This document shows positions 11,701 to 24,179 of a stretch of DNA of 64,000 nucleotides, one piece after another. Every line of letters starts with the position of its first letter. Position 1 is the first letter of the stretch. The notes beneath the pieces are model-generated. The model was not told the DNA's origin, did not search any database, and was given only the letters and a program-made list of their open reading frames with translations. Both the position numbers and the translations under genes were made by a program. Source of the stretch: Octopus sinensis (taxonomy: Eukaryota); the NCBI RefSeq assembly GCF_006345805.1, contig NC_042999.1:168082001-168146000 (forward strand), read 5' to 3'.

Positions 11701-12725
11701 TGCTCCTATTTGGATGGGTTTTAGAGGGTATCCAGCTTTTTTTGTGTCCACAGAGGCTGCTGCATATATTATATCATTTAGCCTGGTCATACTGACATTT
11801 GTTTCTGCTATTTATTATCAATTTTAATTTTGGGGAGGTATAATCAGTGGTCCATACTGAGATCTGTGGCTTTCAATTCTTTGATTATGCTCATTTGCAG
11901 AATATTATAATCATTAGTTTCACCTTTGCTCTTTCCAGATTTTAGATTTGTTTCATATTGCCTCCCATTCATATTTGTGTCTGTGGTGTTCTTGTTTGGC
12001 GCCTTTTGCTCATCCTTATACATTCCTCTGATCAGGGTTTGTTGTCTTTCGTTGTTCACTTCATTTTTGTTGGACATGTAACGTCTGTCTTTGTGTTTTA
12101 CAGTCCCATTACTTCTGACATTATTTGGCATTGCTGTGTGGTTACTATCTACGTTTTACTATGAATTTTTTCGTTTAAGCATTCTATTTCTATTTCTGAT
12201 ATTTTTTTGCTTTGAGATTATATCTCCGTATGTTAGCTAGTTTATTAAGGGTTCAATGCTGTATCCAAATCATAATTTAGATTATTTTTCTTCCAGATTT
12301 TATATGTATATGTTGTGTTGTGTTTTCATTCTGTGGGTAGAGCTTCAATGTAAAATAAGCATATATGACTGAAATATATTCCTCACATGATTTTTCAATT
12401 TTATTTGCAGGACATGAGGAATAACATCTGGCCCTCTGTTTTGATGGTCATCATTTTCATAGGGTACCGGTCCATTCATTTCTAGGGTAAAATGGTTTTG
12501 CACAAGTAGTTTTTCATACTTTTAGTATAACAAGTTTAAAGCATGCATTTCCCATTTGTTATCCTTGGGTTGAATAATACAGGTATTATTTATTTTTCAT
12601 TTTTTTCTGTACATGGCGGTTGAGGATGGAAATGGTCTGATGTTGGTTGGATCATAATGTGGTGAGCGTGTTTACATGTGTTGTGCGAGTGATGGAGATG
12701 ATACACAGTTAAAATACATCACTTC
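8762..12725 (-). mobile_element. R4/Dong-like RLE non-LTR retrotransposon, decayed and chimeric
   Basis: ORF pieces LLYMDDLKLY, HPKSDIERLYIQRIEGGRGL, LHGKY, ETEGFLIAAQDQSLPTRN, CRICGDGEETINHIVSGC...RHDKV, CFLIDV; flanked by (CAT)n on the left and (TAT)n on the right. Confidence 0.85.
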
Positions 12726-14134
12726 ATTATTATTATTATTATCATCATTATTGTGCATGCCATTGTGCTACAATAAATATTCGGCTTCAGTTCTCTGTTA
12801 GCATTCCTCTACTTACTCACCAAGGGCAAAAATCCGAATCTAAAGCTTCATGTCTATTTAATACATTATTGTTACATACAGAATATGAAAGAAGCCGAGT
12901 TTTCAAAATAGAAAGACTTAAAAAATAGTGGTAGCAAAGCTGTAAGTCATAGATACTGTTGGTCTTTATGACAAAACAATAAGGAATCTATTCAGAGACC
13001 ACAAATCCATAACACCACACCATGAGAAAACCTTGATTAAAGAAGAAACAACCAAATGTGTGTGTACATATGCATGCCTGCATGTGTGCATGTGTGAGTA
13101 TGTGTATAAAATATACATATCTTTTATTTATTCCACTCATTGGCCTGTAGCCATAGTGGTGCACCATTTTGAAGGGTTTAGTCAAAAAATTGACTCCAGA
13201 GCTTTTTTTTTTAATGCCTGGTACATATTCTATCAATGTGTTTTTGAACCACTAAGTTATGGGGACATTAACAGGCCAACATCAATTTCCAAGCAGTGGT
13301 GGTAGACACACACATTTATATTGTATGGGCTTCTTTCAGTTTCCATCTACCAAATCCACTCACAAGGCTTTGGTTGATCTGAGGCTACAGTAGAAGATAC
13401 TTGCCCAAGGTGCCGCACAGTGGGACTGAACTCAAAACCACGTGGTAGAGAAACAAACTCCTCACCACATAGCCATGCTATATAAAAAATATGTCAGCAA
13501 TCAAAAACAATAACACAATACTATAAAACAATAAATTTGTATGAGCCTTTCCCCTACAAAATTGATCTCCTTTATTTTCAACATCTCAGAGTTAATAGAG
13601 ACTGTCACATGGAGTCGCTTTCCAATCACAGTGACCAAGTTAGATACCTATATACCTGTAGCTTCTCACCTTTCAGGCCCTCAGAGAAATCAATGTTTTT
13701 ATGGTGACAATAGCAAATCCTACAACTGGTATAAAAAACAACTAGCTAAGTTACCTATTCAAGTGCCTCCACTCATCTCTCATTCTTTGAATCAGTGAGC
13801 ATCAATGAAGCTTTCTTTATCCAACTTTCTATTTAATACAAGATTCAGCTAGATCATTTCTTTCTTTCCTTCTGAACATTAACAAAATTGACAATATATC
13901 TAACAACACACAATTCTATGGCAACAATATCACCTGTCATTCCTGCTTAACATTTCCCATACTGATGACACCAACATGTAACTTAGGCCTTCACCGATTG
14001 GCTTGCACAGTTTCTGTGACGAGACCTAAACATATCACGTAGTAACATGAACATCACACAGTTACATCACCCAACTTTATTACAAATCTTCTTCAAATCT
14101 CCTACTATCTTTAAAAGAAAAGTATGCATTACTA

Positions 14135-14562
14135 TAGGCGCAGGAGTGGCTGTGTGGTAAGTAGCTTGCTTACCAACCACATGGTTCCGGGTTCAGTCCC
14201 ACTGCGTGGCATCTTGGGCAAGTGTCTTCTACTATAGGCCCGGGCCGACCAATGCCTTGTGAGTGGATTTGGTAGACGGAAACTGAAAGGAGCCTGTCGT
14301 ATATATGTATATATATATATATATATGTATATATATGTGTGTCTTTGAGTGTTTGTGTTTGTCCCCCTAGCATTGCTTGACAACTGATGCTGGTGTGTTT
14401 ATGTCCCCGTCACTTAGCGGTTCGGCAAAAGAGACCGATAGAATAAGTACTGGGCTTACAAAGAATAAGTCCCGGGGTCAATTTGCTCGACTAAAGGCGG
14501 TGCTCCAGCATGGCCGCAGTCAAATGACTGAAACAAGTAAAAGAGAGTAAAGAGTAAAGAGT
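14135..14562 (+). mobile_element. SINE family 1 copy
   Basis: Full-length match to 2277-2670. Confidence 0.9.
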
Positions 14563-15283
14563 ATTAGATAATGGAGAGAAAAAAGTGGGATGATGTTGGT
14601 TGGGAAGACATAAGTTTGTCTGATTAGAGCTGACACAGGGGCTACATAGCAAAAATAAACCAATGAAGAAGATTCTATGTGGTTAATTGAACTGTTAGAA
14701 ATAGCAACGAACTCTCCTTTAAGTAACATCTTAAATGGTAAAGACTCCCTTTGGTCATGAATGACCATGGGATGCGACTAGAAAGTTCCCCTCCGAGGCA
14801 CAAGCCTGGGCAAAGTTGTTAATGGAAGAACAGCAGTCACCCATGCACACCAGCCTCTCCTCTCCATGCCACCAATGTTATCCAAAGGAAAGGCAAAGGG
14901 GCCAATACAGCTTGGCACCAGTGATGTCGCAACTCATTTCTACAGCTGAGTAAACTGGATCAACATGAAATAAAGTTTCTTGCTCAAGAACACAACCCAC
15001 AGCCCAGTCCAGGAATCAAATGGAATGCTCAGCTACATGCATGTCAATTTCACGAGCAGGCTGTTCTATCGATTGGATCAACTGGAATCCTCGTCATCGC
15101 AACCAATGGAGCACCAGCTGATATAATAGGAATTAACAAGAAGCTTGGGATCAGTTCAATCAAATTTACACCTCCCTACAAATATAATCTTGTGTTTAAC
15201 CCTCAATCAAGATAATAATCTCTCAAACTACTAATTAAAACAATTCTAGTTATTTGATAAATAACTAACAATTCTAGTTATTG

Positions 15284-15827
15284 GCCAGCGCCACCTTGAC
15301 TGGCTTCTGTGTCGGTGACACGTAAAAAGCACCATCCGAACGTGACAGATGCCAGCGCCACCTTGACTGGCTTCTGTGCCGGTGACACGTAAAAAGCACC
15401 ATCCGAACGTGACAGATGCCAGCGCCACCTTGACTGGCTTCTGTGCCGGTGACACGTAAAAAGCACCATCCGAACGTGACAGATGCCAGCGCCGCCTTGA
15501 CTGGCTTCTGTGCCGGTGACACGTAAAAAGCACCATCCGAACGTGACAGATGCCAGCGCCGCCTTGACTGGCTTCTGTGCCAGTGACACGTAAAAAGCAC
15601 CATCCGAACGTGACAGATGCCAGCGCCGCCTTGACTGGCTTCTGTGCCGGTGGCACGTAAAAGCACCCACTACACTCACAGAGTGGTTGGCGTTAGGAAG
15701 GGCATCAAGCTGTAGAAACACTGCCAGATCAGACTGGAGCCTGGTGCAGCCTCCTGGCTTCCCAGACCCCAGTCGAACCGTCCAACCCTTGCTAGCACGG
15801 AAAACGGACATTAAATGATGATGATGA
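15284..15827 (+). mobile_element. RTE 3'-UTR fragment with 67 bp minisatellite (about 6 units) and (GAT)n tail
   Basis: Units start at 15284, 15351, 15418, 15485, 15552, 15619; downstream part matches the RTE 3' ends at about 32840-33010 and 57800-57977. Confidence 0.88.
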
Positions 15828-15838
15828 AATCTACTTAC

Positions 15839-16015
15839 GATCTTTTTTTTCTGATTTTTCTCCGAAATTAAGATTTTCAGTTTCCCCTCTTCTATCGACT
15901 GCAATGATTTTGTCAATCTCTTCATTGTATTTCTTGTTGTATCTTCTAGAAGCTGAATAGTATGCCTCAAGGACAATTTTTAAAATACTTGTACAGGCAG
16001 TAAGATTGAAGTCAT
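15839..16015 (-). CDS. TTLL3: TTLL3/TTLL8-family exon F
   Basis: Acceptor ctcatttcag, donor C|gtaagt; DDFNLTACTSILKIVLEAYYSASRRYNKKYNEEIDKIIAVDRRGETENLNFGEKSEKKD (DFxLTAxxxxLK motif); phase 1 to 1. Confidence 0.92.
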
Positions 16016-16451
16016 CTGAAATGAGAGAGATTAAATTTTACAAAGTTACTATTCTGATTTCAACTGTTGTTCAGTCATTGATTTTACATCTATTTTACCA
16101 TGCTGGTATAGGTTGAACAAAGACTACTTTGACACAGCATTTTATGGCCAAATGTCTTTCTTGTTGCCAACACTTAAAAGCTATTCAAGAAAGGGGTCTC
16201 CTTATTCCACTGGATTTTGAAAGCTCAGAGCAACAAGTTGTAATGCCAACAAGGAATATAAATATCACATCAGCAACAGGCAAAGATGTGGAATGTCAAC
16301 ATTCACACACACACTGAGGTGCAGGCATGGTTGTGTGGTAAGAAACTTGCTTCCCATCCACATGGTTCTGGGTTCAGTGCCACTGTGTGACACCTCAGGC
16401 CAACCAAAGCTTTGCAAGTAGATTTGGTAGACAGAACCTGAAAGAAGCCTG

Positions 16452-16485
<34 letters not shown>

Positions 16486-17016
16486 ATGTGTGTGTGTGTG
16501 TGTGTGTGTGAGGGGTCTATTTATTCCCCCCTCACCGCTTGACAACTGGTGTTGTTGTGTTTACATCCCTGTAACTTAGCAGTTCAGCAAAAGAGACTAA
16601 CAGGATAAGTACTAGACTTAAAAAATAAGACTGAGGGTTGATTTATCTGACTAAAATCCTTCAAGACAGTGCTCCAGCATGGAGCACAGTAAAATGACTG
16701 AAAAGAATAAAAGAATATATCATCATCATTGCTTAACGTCCATCTTCCATGCAAATACATATGGGCTTCACTTTTTTGGTTTTGTTTTTTGTTTTATACA
16801 GCAAACAACTCCTTACCCACACAACTCTGCTCATACTTTATCCACACAGTCATACCCCCACCTATCTTAATAAATTGAGAGGACATTAAAGTGTTTTTGT
16901 GCTACTCTGTACTACAGAATAAATCTACAGATTTTAGCCATCATAGGTGACAGACAGATGTCATCTCCTTGACTTTTAGGACAATATTTTTGTGAACAGG
17001 AAAAGAGGACACGGCC

Positions 17017-17173
17017 AGACTAGTTTCCAACTTGCATTGAAATTTCACCTGAGTGAAACTCTTACCACAGCTGTGTGGTAAGAAGTTTGCTTCACTACAA
17101 CATGGTTCCAGGTTCAGCTCCAGTGTGTGGCACCTTGTGAGTGGATGTGGTAGATGAAAACTGAAAGAAGCCC

Positions 17174-17211
<38 letters not shown>

Positions 17212-18215
17212 CATGTATGTGTATGTGTGTGTGTCTTTGTATCTGAGTTTGTGGCCCACCACTGCTTAACAACCGGTGTTGATGTGTTTATCTCCCTGTA
17301 ACTTAGTGGTTCGGCAAATGTGATTGGTGGAATAAGTACCAGGCTTAAATAAAACAAAAAAAGTTAAGTCCTGGGGTTGATTCATTTGAGGCAGTGCCCC
17401 AGCATGACCACAGTCTAATGGCTGAAACAAGTAAAAGATAAAAGCAAAGTGTTTACACCCATATTACTAAAATTTTAGCTAATAAATATAGGAGTGGCTG
17501 TGTGGTAAGTAGCTTGCTAACAAACCACATGGTTCCGGGTTCAGTCCCACTGCGTGGCATCTTGGGCAAGTGTCTTCTGCTATAGCCCCGGGCCGACCAA
17601 TGCCTTGTGAGTGGATTTGGTAGACGGAAACTGAAAGAAGCCTGTCGTATATATGTATATATGTGTATGTGTGTGTGTGTGTTTGTGTTTGTCCCCCTAG
17701 CATTGCTTGACAACCGATGCTGGTGTGCTTATGTCCCCGTTACTTAGCGGTTCGGCAAAAGAGACCGATAGAATAAGTACTAAAGGCGGTGCTCCAGCAT
17801 GGCCGCAGTCAAAATGACTGAAATAAGTAAAAGAGTAAAAGAGTAAAGAGAGTATATATGTATATATATATGTGTATATGTGTGTGTCTGTGTTCGTCCC
17901 CCTAGCATTGCTTGACAACCGATGCTGGTGTGTTTATGTCCTCCGTAACTTAGTGATTCAGCAAAAGAGACCGATAGAATAAGTACTGGGCTTACAAAGA
18001 ATAAGTCCTGGGGTCGATTTGCTCGACTAAAGGCGGTGCTCCAGCATGGCCGCAGTCAAATGACTGAAAGAAGTAAAAGAGTAAAGAGTATATCATCATT
18101 TTAGCATGCACCTTTCTATGCTCGCATGGTTTGGATGGAAATCATTGAGGTGGATTTTCTACGGCCAAAAGCCCTTCCTGTCGCCAACCCTCACCTGTTT
18201 CCAAGTGTGTGCGTG

Positions 18216-18285
<70 letters not shown>

Positions 18286-18495
18286 CACACACACACATAC
18301 ATACAGCAAGATGATGGATGGTTGATCTGTCTTAAAACACAGATACTAGATTGCAATTGGTTACTTCTTAACTAGTATTTGAATCCCACAAATATAAGTT
18401 ATGTTCATTATTAACAAGTTGAGGGAGCCTTTACATACTTGCCCAAATTGCAAGAAAAGGTAGCCAAGTCTCTTCATATCACACCCTACTAGCTT
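17017..18495 (+). repeat. Direct duplicate of 1757-3080
   Basis: Same order of old SINE, unique spacer gtttacacccatattactaaaattt, young SINE and near-identical downstream unique sequence ending cacaccctactagctt. Confidence 0.9.
17489..18089 (+). mobile_element. SINE family 1: copy with internal deletion followed by a second 3' half
   Basis: Head at 17489, tail about 17850, then (TA/TG)n and a second 3' half to 18089. Confidence 0.88.
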
Positions 18496-19856
18496 ACAAA
18501 ATGGCCACTGCAGTTCCAGACAGACAAAAACAGAAGCAAGTTGCTCAATCAGAGTTAACAACAACAATCTTTCATTTCACTTGTTTCATTCATTTGACTG
18601 CAGCCATGCTGGAGCATCACCTTGAAGGTCTTTTGCCAAACAAATTGACTTCAGGACTTATTTTTTTCTAAGCCTGGTACCATTATTCTATCAGCGTCTT
18701 TTGCTGAATCACTACGTTAGGGGACACAAACACACCAACACTAGTTGTCAAGTGGTGGTAGGGAACAAACACAGACACAAAGAGATAAACATATACACAT
18801 CATTTTATATATATATATATAACTGTTTCCGTCTACCAAATCCACTCACAAGGCTTTGGTCGGCCCAAGGCTATTGTAGAAGACATTTGCCCAAGGTGCC
18901 ATGCAGTGGGACTGAACCTGGAACTATGTGGTTGGGAAGCAAGCTTCTTACCACACATCCATGCCTGCACCTTAAAGCAATTAAATTTTCTATATTTCTA
19001 CTCGCGATTATATATATAGTCTTCTACCTGGACAGCTCCTGTCAAACTATCCAACCCATGATAGCATGGAAAAGGGACGTTAAATGATGATGATGATATA
19101 TATATATTAGTGTCTGTATTTATCATTAATGTCAGATGACAAATAATCTATGGTGGCAATAATTCATGTAATGACATACATATGGACCATTCTCATGTGA
19201 TGTACACGACAGTCAGACACATGTTGTAAATCTTGATCATTTACAAGAATTGTACTGATTTGTTTTTTGGAATAAACTTTGACTGCCCGGGCAAAAAATT
19301 TTTTACCAAGAATGTATGCTGAATTTTTTGAAGAGGACCCAAAGCATATGATGTATGTGACATTGCACAAAATATCTTGCTTCGCCTGAAAATATTAACT
19401 GTGAATTCCTCTGAATCTCTCCAGAGCAGCCAAAAATGCTTCATGATGTTTATTTACATTAAACTTTGAATTAAAACAATGCTAATATCTTTGCTCAACA
19501 TTAATGTTTGTGGTAACAATTCTCATTTACCTGGAGTGACCTGCATGACGAAAATAGGTGTAGCATTTTCAAGATAAATATTTTCTGTCTTCCAAACAGA
19601 GTAGATCTGGAAGAAAATGTCCCAGTATCAATATTTGTCCATATATGAACCATTTCAACATACCTTTATAAGTGTATAGTGATTTTTCTGGACATTCTAG
19701 AAATTTTTGAAAATCTGTTTTAACTTTCATGAGAATGATCCACATTCATTCTTAATATGTTCTAGAAGATTCGAACATGTGTTAATTGCCATTGTGTTTT
19801 ATCATCGGAGAAAAACCACCTTTAAATGAATGTGTCTTCATAACAAACTTGATTCA

Positions 19857-20273
19857 TAGGCGCAGGAGTGGCTGTGTGGTAAGTAGCTTGCTAACCAACC
19901 ACATGGTTCCGGGTTCAGTCCCACTGCGTGGCATCTTGGGCAAGTGTCTTCTGCTATAGCCCCGGGCCGACCAATGCCTTGTGAGTGGATTTGGTAGACG
20001 GAAACTGAAAGAAGCCCGTCGTATATATGTATATATATATAAGTGTGTGTATATGTTTGTGTGTCTGTGTTTGTCCCCCCAGCATTGCTTGACAACCGAT
20101 GCTGGTGTGTTTACGTCCCCGTCACTTAGCGGTTCGGCAAAAGAGACCGATAGAATAAGTACTGGGCTTACAAAGAATAAGTCCCGGGGTTGATTTGCTC
20201 GACTAAAGGCGGTGCTCCAGCATGGCCGCAGTCAAATGACTGAAACAAGTAAAAGAGTAAAGAGTAAAGAGTA
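19857..20273 (+). mobile_element. SINE family 1 copy
   Basis: Full-length match. Confidence 0.9.
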
Positions 20274-20496
20274 ATAGGGTTAAGGGTACTTTGGGACAAT
20301 GATGTTTTGACCTTGTTGTATGCCTCTCAGCCAAAGCTATTCCAGACCAATGAATCTAAAAGATTTTTGAGGCTCTTGTTTACAGGATTCAGCAAATAAA
20401 ATATTTGCTGATGAATGCTGATGTCTGTTAAAGAAAATACAAAATTCTTTTGAGAGACTTTTAAAAATTTACTAAGAGTAAATTTACTAAGAGAAC

Positions 20497-21533
20497 TACT
20501 GAAAAGTTCATAGGCTGACTAACACACTCTCATGAAATGTGACCAAATGAACTTTATTTTTCAATCTAGTCTCCCTCATAGTCCACACATTCCTCTCACC
20601 AGCGATGCAATGCTTGGATCCCACTGGTGGAAAAGCTTTCATCCTGTTAGTAAAAAAAGTCATCCACGGCAGACATGATGTTATCATCACAGCGAGACTG
20701 GTTCCCAGCTAAGTATCTTTCCATTTTGGGGAACAGATGATAGTTAGATAGGGGCCAAATCAGGGGGGTAGGGAGTAGGGTGATCAATCAACGCAAAGTC
20801 ACACTTATCCACAGCAGCCATTCAAAGCAAGGACGTCTGCGCTGGAGCATTGTCCTGGTGAAACAAGACCCTTTTCATCAGTTTTCCCGGACATTTAGTC
20901 TTGATAGTCTTTTGTAATTGCTTCAGCAAGTTGGCATAGGACTATCCATTGATCTTGTGGCCCTTTCGAAAACAGTCAGTAAACACAATGTCTTTTGCAT
21001 CGCCAAAACTTTCATCATGCAGGTTCATTGTGCAGAATATTCTCAACTCTCTCACAGGATATGCTAATAGCATTGGCTATTGGATTTATAGTCAATCACC
21101 TGTCATCCATCTGCATGTGGTGAACACAATCAATATTTTCCTTGGTGGTGGCAGTTTCAGGAAATTGAGACCTTGGGTCATCTTCAAGACTCTCCCTTCC
21201 CCTCCTAAATCCAGCTTCCCACTTTTGCACAGTTGATAAAGCTGGAGCATCATTTCCTAATGTAACAAGCATATCAGCATGAATGTCACTGCGGGGCTAA
21301 GCCCTTTTTTCTGCAGGTACTTGATAACATCACAATGCTAAATTTTGTCCATTTTCAAGAGAAGTTGCTACTAGTTATATTTGAAGTGTTCTTTGAGCAG
21401 TGAGATGTCAGTTTACCTGGAAAGAGATAATGCAGTTATTCGTAAGGAGAGCTGAAATTAATCCATGTAAGATTTCACAGTTCTAACATCACTCTTTCAT
21501 CGTCAGCCTATGAACTTTTCAGCCCACCCTCAC
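20497..21533 (-). mobile_element. Mariner relic
   Basis: TIR ctgaaaagttcataggctgac / gtcagcctatgaacttttcag; minus strand reads HQDNAPA near 20845-20860 and a DLAP-like motif near 20755. Confidence 0.8.
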
Positions 21534-21577
21534 ATGACAAAAAACAACATATTCTAATATGATGTTTAAATATTTAC

Positions 21578-21692
21578 CAATAAATTCTTGTTTTTCTTCA
21601 CTATGACAGAGTAGGTAACAACGAGGAAAAAATGTGTGTGGATCTGTTTCGTCATACCAAGGAAGATTTCGTAAATTCAAGCACAAACCAAC
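21578..21692 (-). CDS. TTLL3: TTLL3/TTLL8-family exon E
   Basis: Acceptor tattacag, donor G|gtaaat; [38 protein letters not shown], the diagnostic glycylase [11 protein letters not shown]...FFPRCY motif. Confidence 0.95.
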
Positions 21693-22196
21693 CTGTAATA
21701 TAATAAAAATTTACACTTCATATTACACCTGGAAATAAGGGTTTTTATCAACAGCTCCAATTTTTGTTCTTTTTTTTTTTTTTTTTGCTTTCATATTAGT
21801 TAAATCAATTAATAGTTAGAAATCTTAGCTTCAATCATCTGAAAATTATTTAAAATTAATTTAAATACATGCTATCTTTAAATATTTTTTTTAAGTTGAA
21901 TCAAATGACAATGATGTTATATAAAGCATAAATAAACTATTATATTCATAGAGGTGAACAAAATCAAAAATATTGATTTTAATCATAATGATGGAGAGGA
22001 GTAAACATTTTCTCTTTCCTTAATACTAAGAAGTGCATAGTATGAGGGAGATTTGGCTACTATTTCTAGCAAATTGAACAACCACACAGAGAGTATCTTA
22101 TTGGCTCATTTGTTGAAGTGTATAAGTAAATAAAAACTAAAGGAAAAACAGACACTAGCAAACACACACACACACAAACGTATATATATATATATA

Positions 22197-22527
22197 TGTG
22201 GCTCACTGGTTAGAGCACCGAACTTACGACCGTGAGGTTGTGAGTTCGAATCCCGAACTGGGCTGCATGTTGTGTTCTTGAGCAAAACACTTTATTTCAC
22301 ATTGCTCCAGTTCCCTCAGCTGTAGAAATGAGTTGCGACTCCACTGGTGCCAAGCTGTATCGTCCCCTTTGCCTTTCCCTAGGATAACATCGATGGTGTA
22401 GAGAGGGAAGGCTGGTATGCATGGGCGACTGCTGGTCTTCCATAAACAACCTTGCCCAGACTTGTGCCTCAGAGGGTAACTTTCTAGGTGCAATCCTATG
22501 GTCATTCATGACCAAAGGGAGGCCCCA
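22197..22527 (+). mobile_element. tRNA-derived SINE family 4; related copy at about 14745-15020(-)
   Basis: A box TGGCTCACTGG, B box GAGTTCGAATCC, gtgttcttgagcaaaacacttt block. Confidence 0.78.
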
Positions 22528-22528
22528 A

Positions 22529-22529
22529 C

Positions 22530-22573
<44 letters not shown>

Positions 22574-22659
22574 ATATATATATATATTATATAATATATA
22601 CATATATATATATATACATATATATTATATACATATATAGATATATACATATATATATA

Positions 22660-22694
<35 letters not shown>

Positions 22695-22869
22695 ATATAT
22701 ATATATAATATATATATATATGTATATATATATATATGTATTATATATATATATATGTATATATATATATAATATGTATAATATATATAATATATATATA
22801 TATATATGTATATATATAGATATATGTATATATATATATAATATATATATATGTATATATATATGTATG

Positions 22870-22901
<32 letters not shown>

Positions 22902-23150
22902 ATATATATATGATATGTATATATATATGTATAATATATATATAGTATATATATATATATATATGTTATATATATATATAATTATATATATATATATATG
23001 TATATATATTATATGTATATATATATATATATGTATAATATATATATATGTATATATATATATAATATATATATATATAATATATAATATATATAATATA
23101 TATAATATATATATATATATTATATATTATATATATATAATAAAATATTA
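22529..23150. repeat. Long degenerate (TA)n microsatellite
   Basis: About 620 bp of almost pure A/T dinucleotide repeat. Confidence 0.97.
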
Positions 23151-23821
23151 GGGAATAAATCCTAACTTACAGGGAAAATCAGATTTAGGATTGAATCCAA
23201 TTTTATAGTAAAATATTATATTATATTAAATTAGAGATAAAACCACTATTAGGCAAATCAAACAGTGAAAAACATAAGCCAATACATAAAATTAATTTAA
23301 CTTATATTATTTTAAATATATTTAAAATAAAATAATATAAATTAAATTAAATTAATTTTATGTATTGGCTTATGTTTTTCACTGTTTGATTTGCCTAATA
23401 GTGGTTTTATCTCTAATTTAATATAATATATATATATAATATATATATATTATATATATGTATATATAAATAATATAATAAATTTGACAGGGGCAATTCT
23501 TGTTTTAGGATTCTCGATCAAATGGCTGGGTGGAATTGCGTGAAAAATGACACAGATGTGTAGAATAATCCAGTGGTGATACTGGGCTTTGTATTTTTTC
23601 ATAGCTCCCATGGTTACTGAGATAATCTACTATAATAATACTCTTGTGTTTATGAATGAGAAAGGAAGGGGGTGATAGATGAATAAGGAAGGAAGGGGTG
23701 ATGTCATAGTGGAATGATGAAAATTGTATGCAGAAAATCAAACACCGTTTCAACTCTGTGTGAATATATGTGTCTGTATGTAAAAGGGGGGTGTGTGTGC
23801 GAGTGTGTGTACATATGTGTG

Positions 23822-24118
23822 TGGAGGCACAATGGCCTAGTGGTTAGGGCAGCGGACTCACGATCGTAGGATCGCGGTTTCGATTCCCAGACTGGGCGTT
23901 GTGAGTGTTTATTGAGCAAAAACACCTAAAAGTTCCACGAGGCTCCGGCAGGGGGGGGGGGGTGATCCCTGCTGTACTCTTTCACCACTCTTTCTTCTGT
24001 TGGCCTGCTCACTTAGCCAGCGGGGTGACGTCATTCGAAGGCCAAAACAATGCAAACACATTGTGACCAGCGATGTGTAACTACATCTGATGGACTGGTC
24101 GGTCACGTGATCATGTGA
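23822..24118 (+). mobile_element. tRNA-derived SINE family 3; related copies at 36240-36622(-) and 58823-59130(+)
   Basis: A box TGGCCTAGTGG, B box GGTTTCGATTCC, shared gtgtttattgagc-aaacacctaa block. Confidence 0.8.
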
Positions 24119-24179
24119 GATATATATATATATATATGAATGGGTGGAATTATGATGTAAGCTCATGCTAAAATGCCTC

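Noticed and set aside
15284-15668. CRISPR array or repeat-protein ORFs
   Set aside because: Contiguous 67 bp minisatellite without unique spacers; the ORFs are by-products.
19531-19606. AG...GT bounded segment on the minus strand
   Set aside because: The required phase 1 frame hits TGA, and exons E and F already join correctly.
22197-22265. tRNA genes (also 23822 and SINE family 1 heads)
   Set aside because: A and B boxes run into SINE bodies; no complete cloverleaf.
22498-23151. Tyr/Ile-rich ORFs and similar HT/ER/VC-repeat ORFs across the window
   Set aside because: Translations of microsatellites and SINEs.
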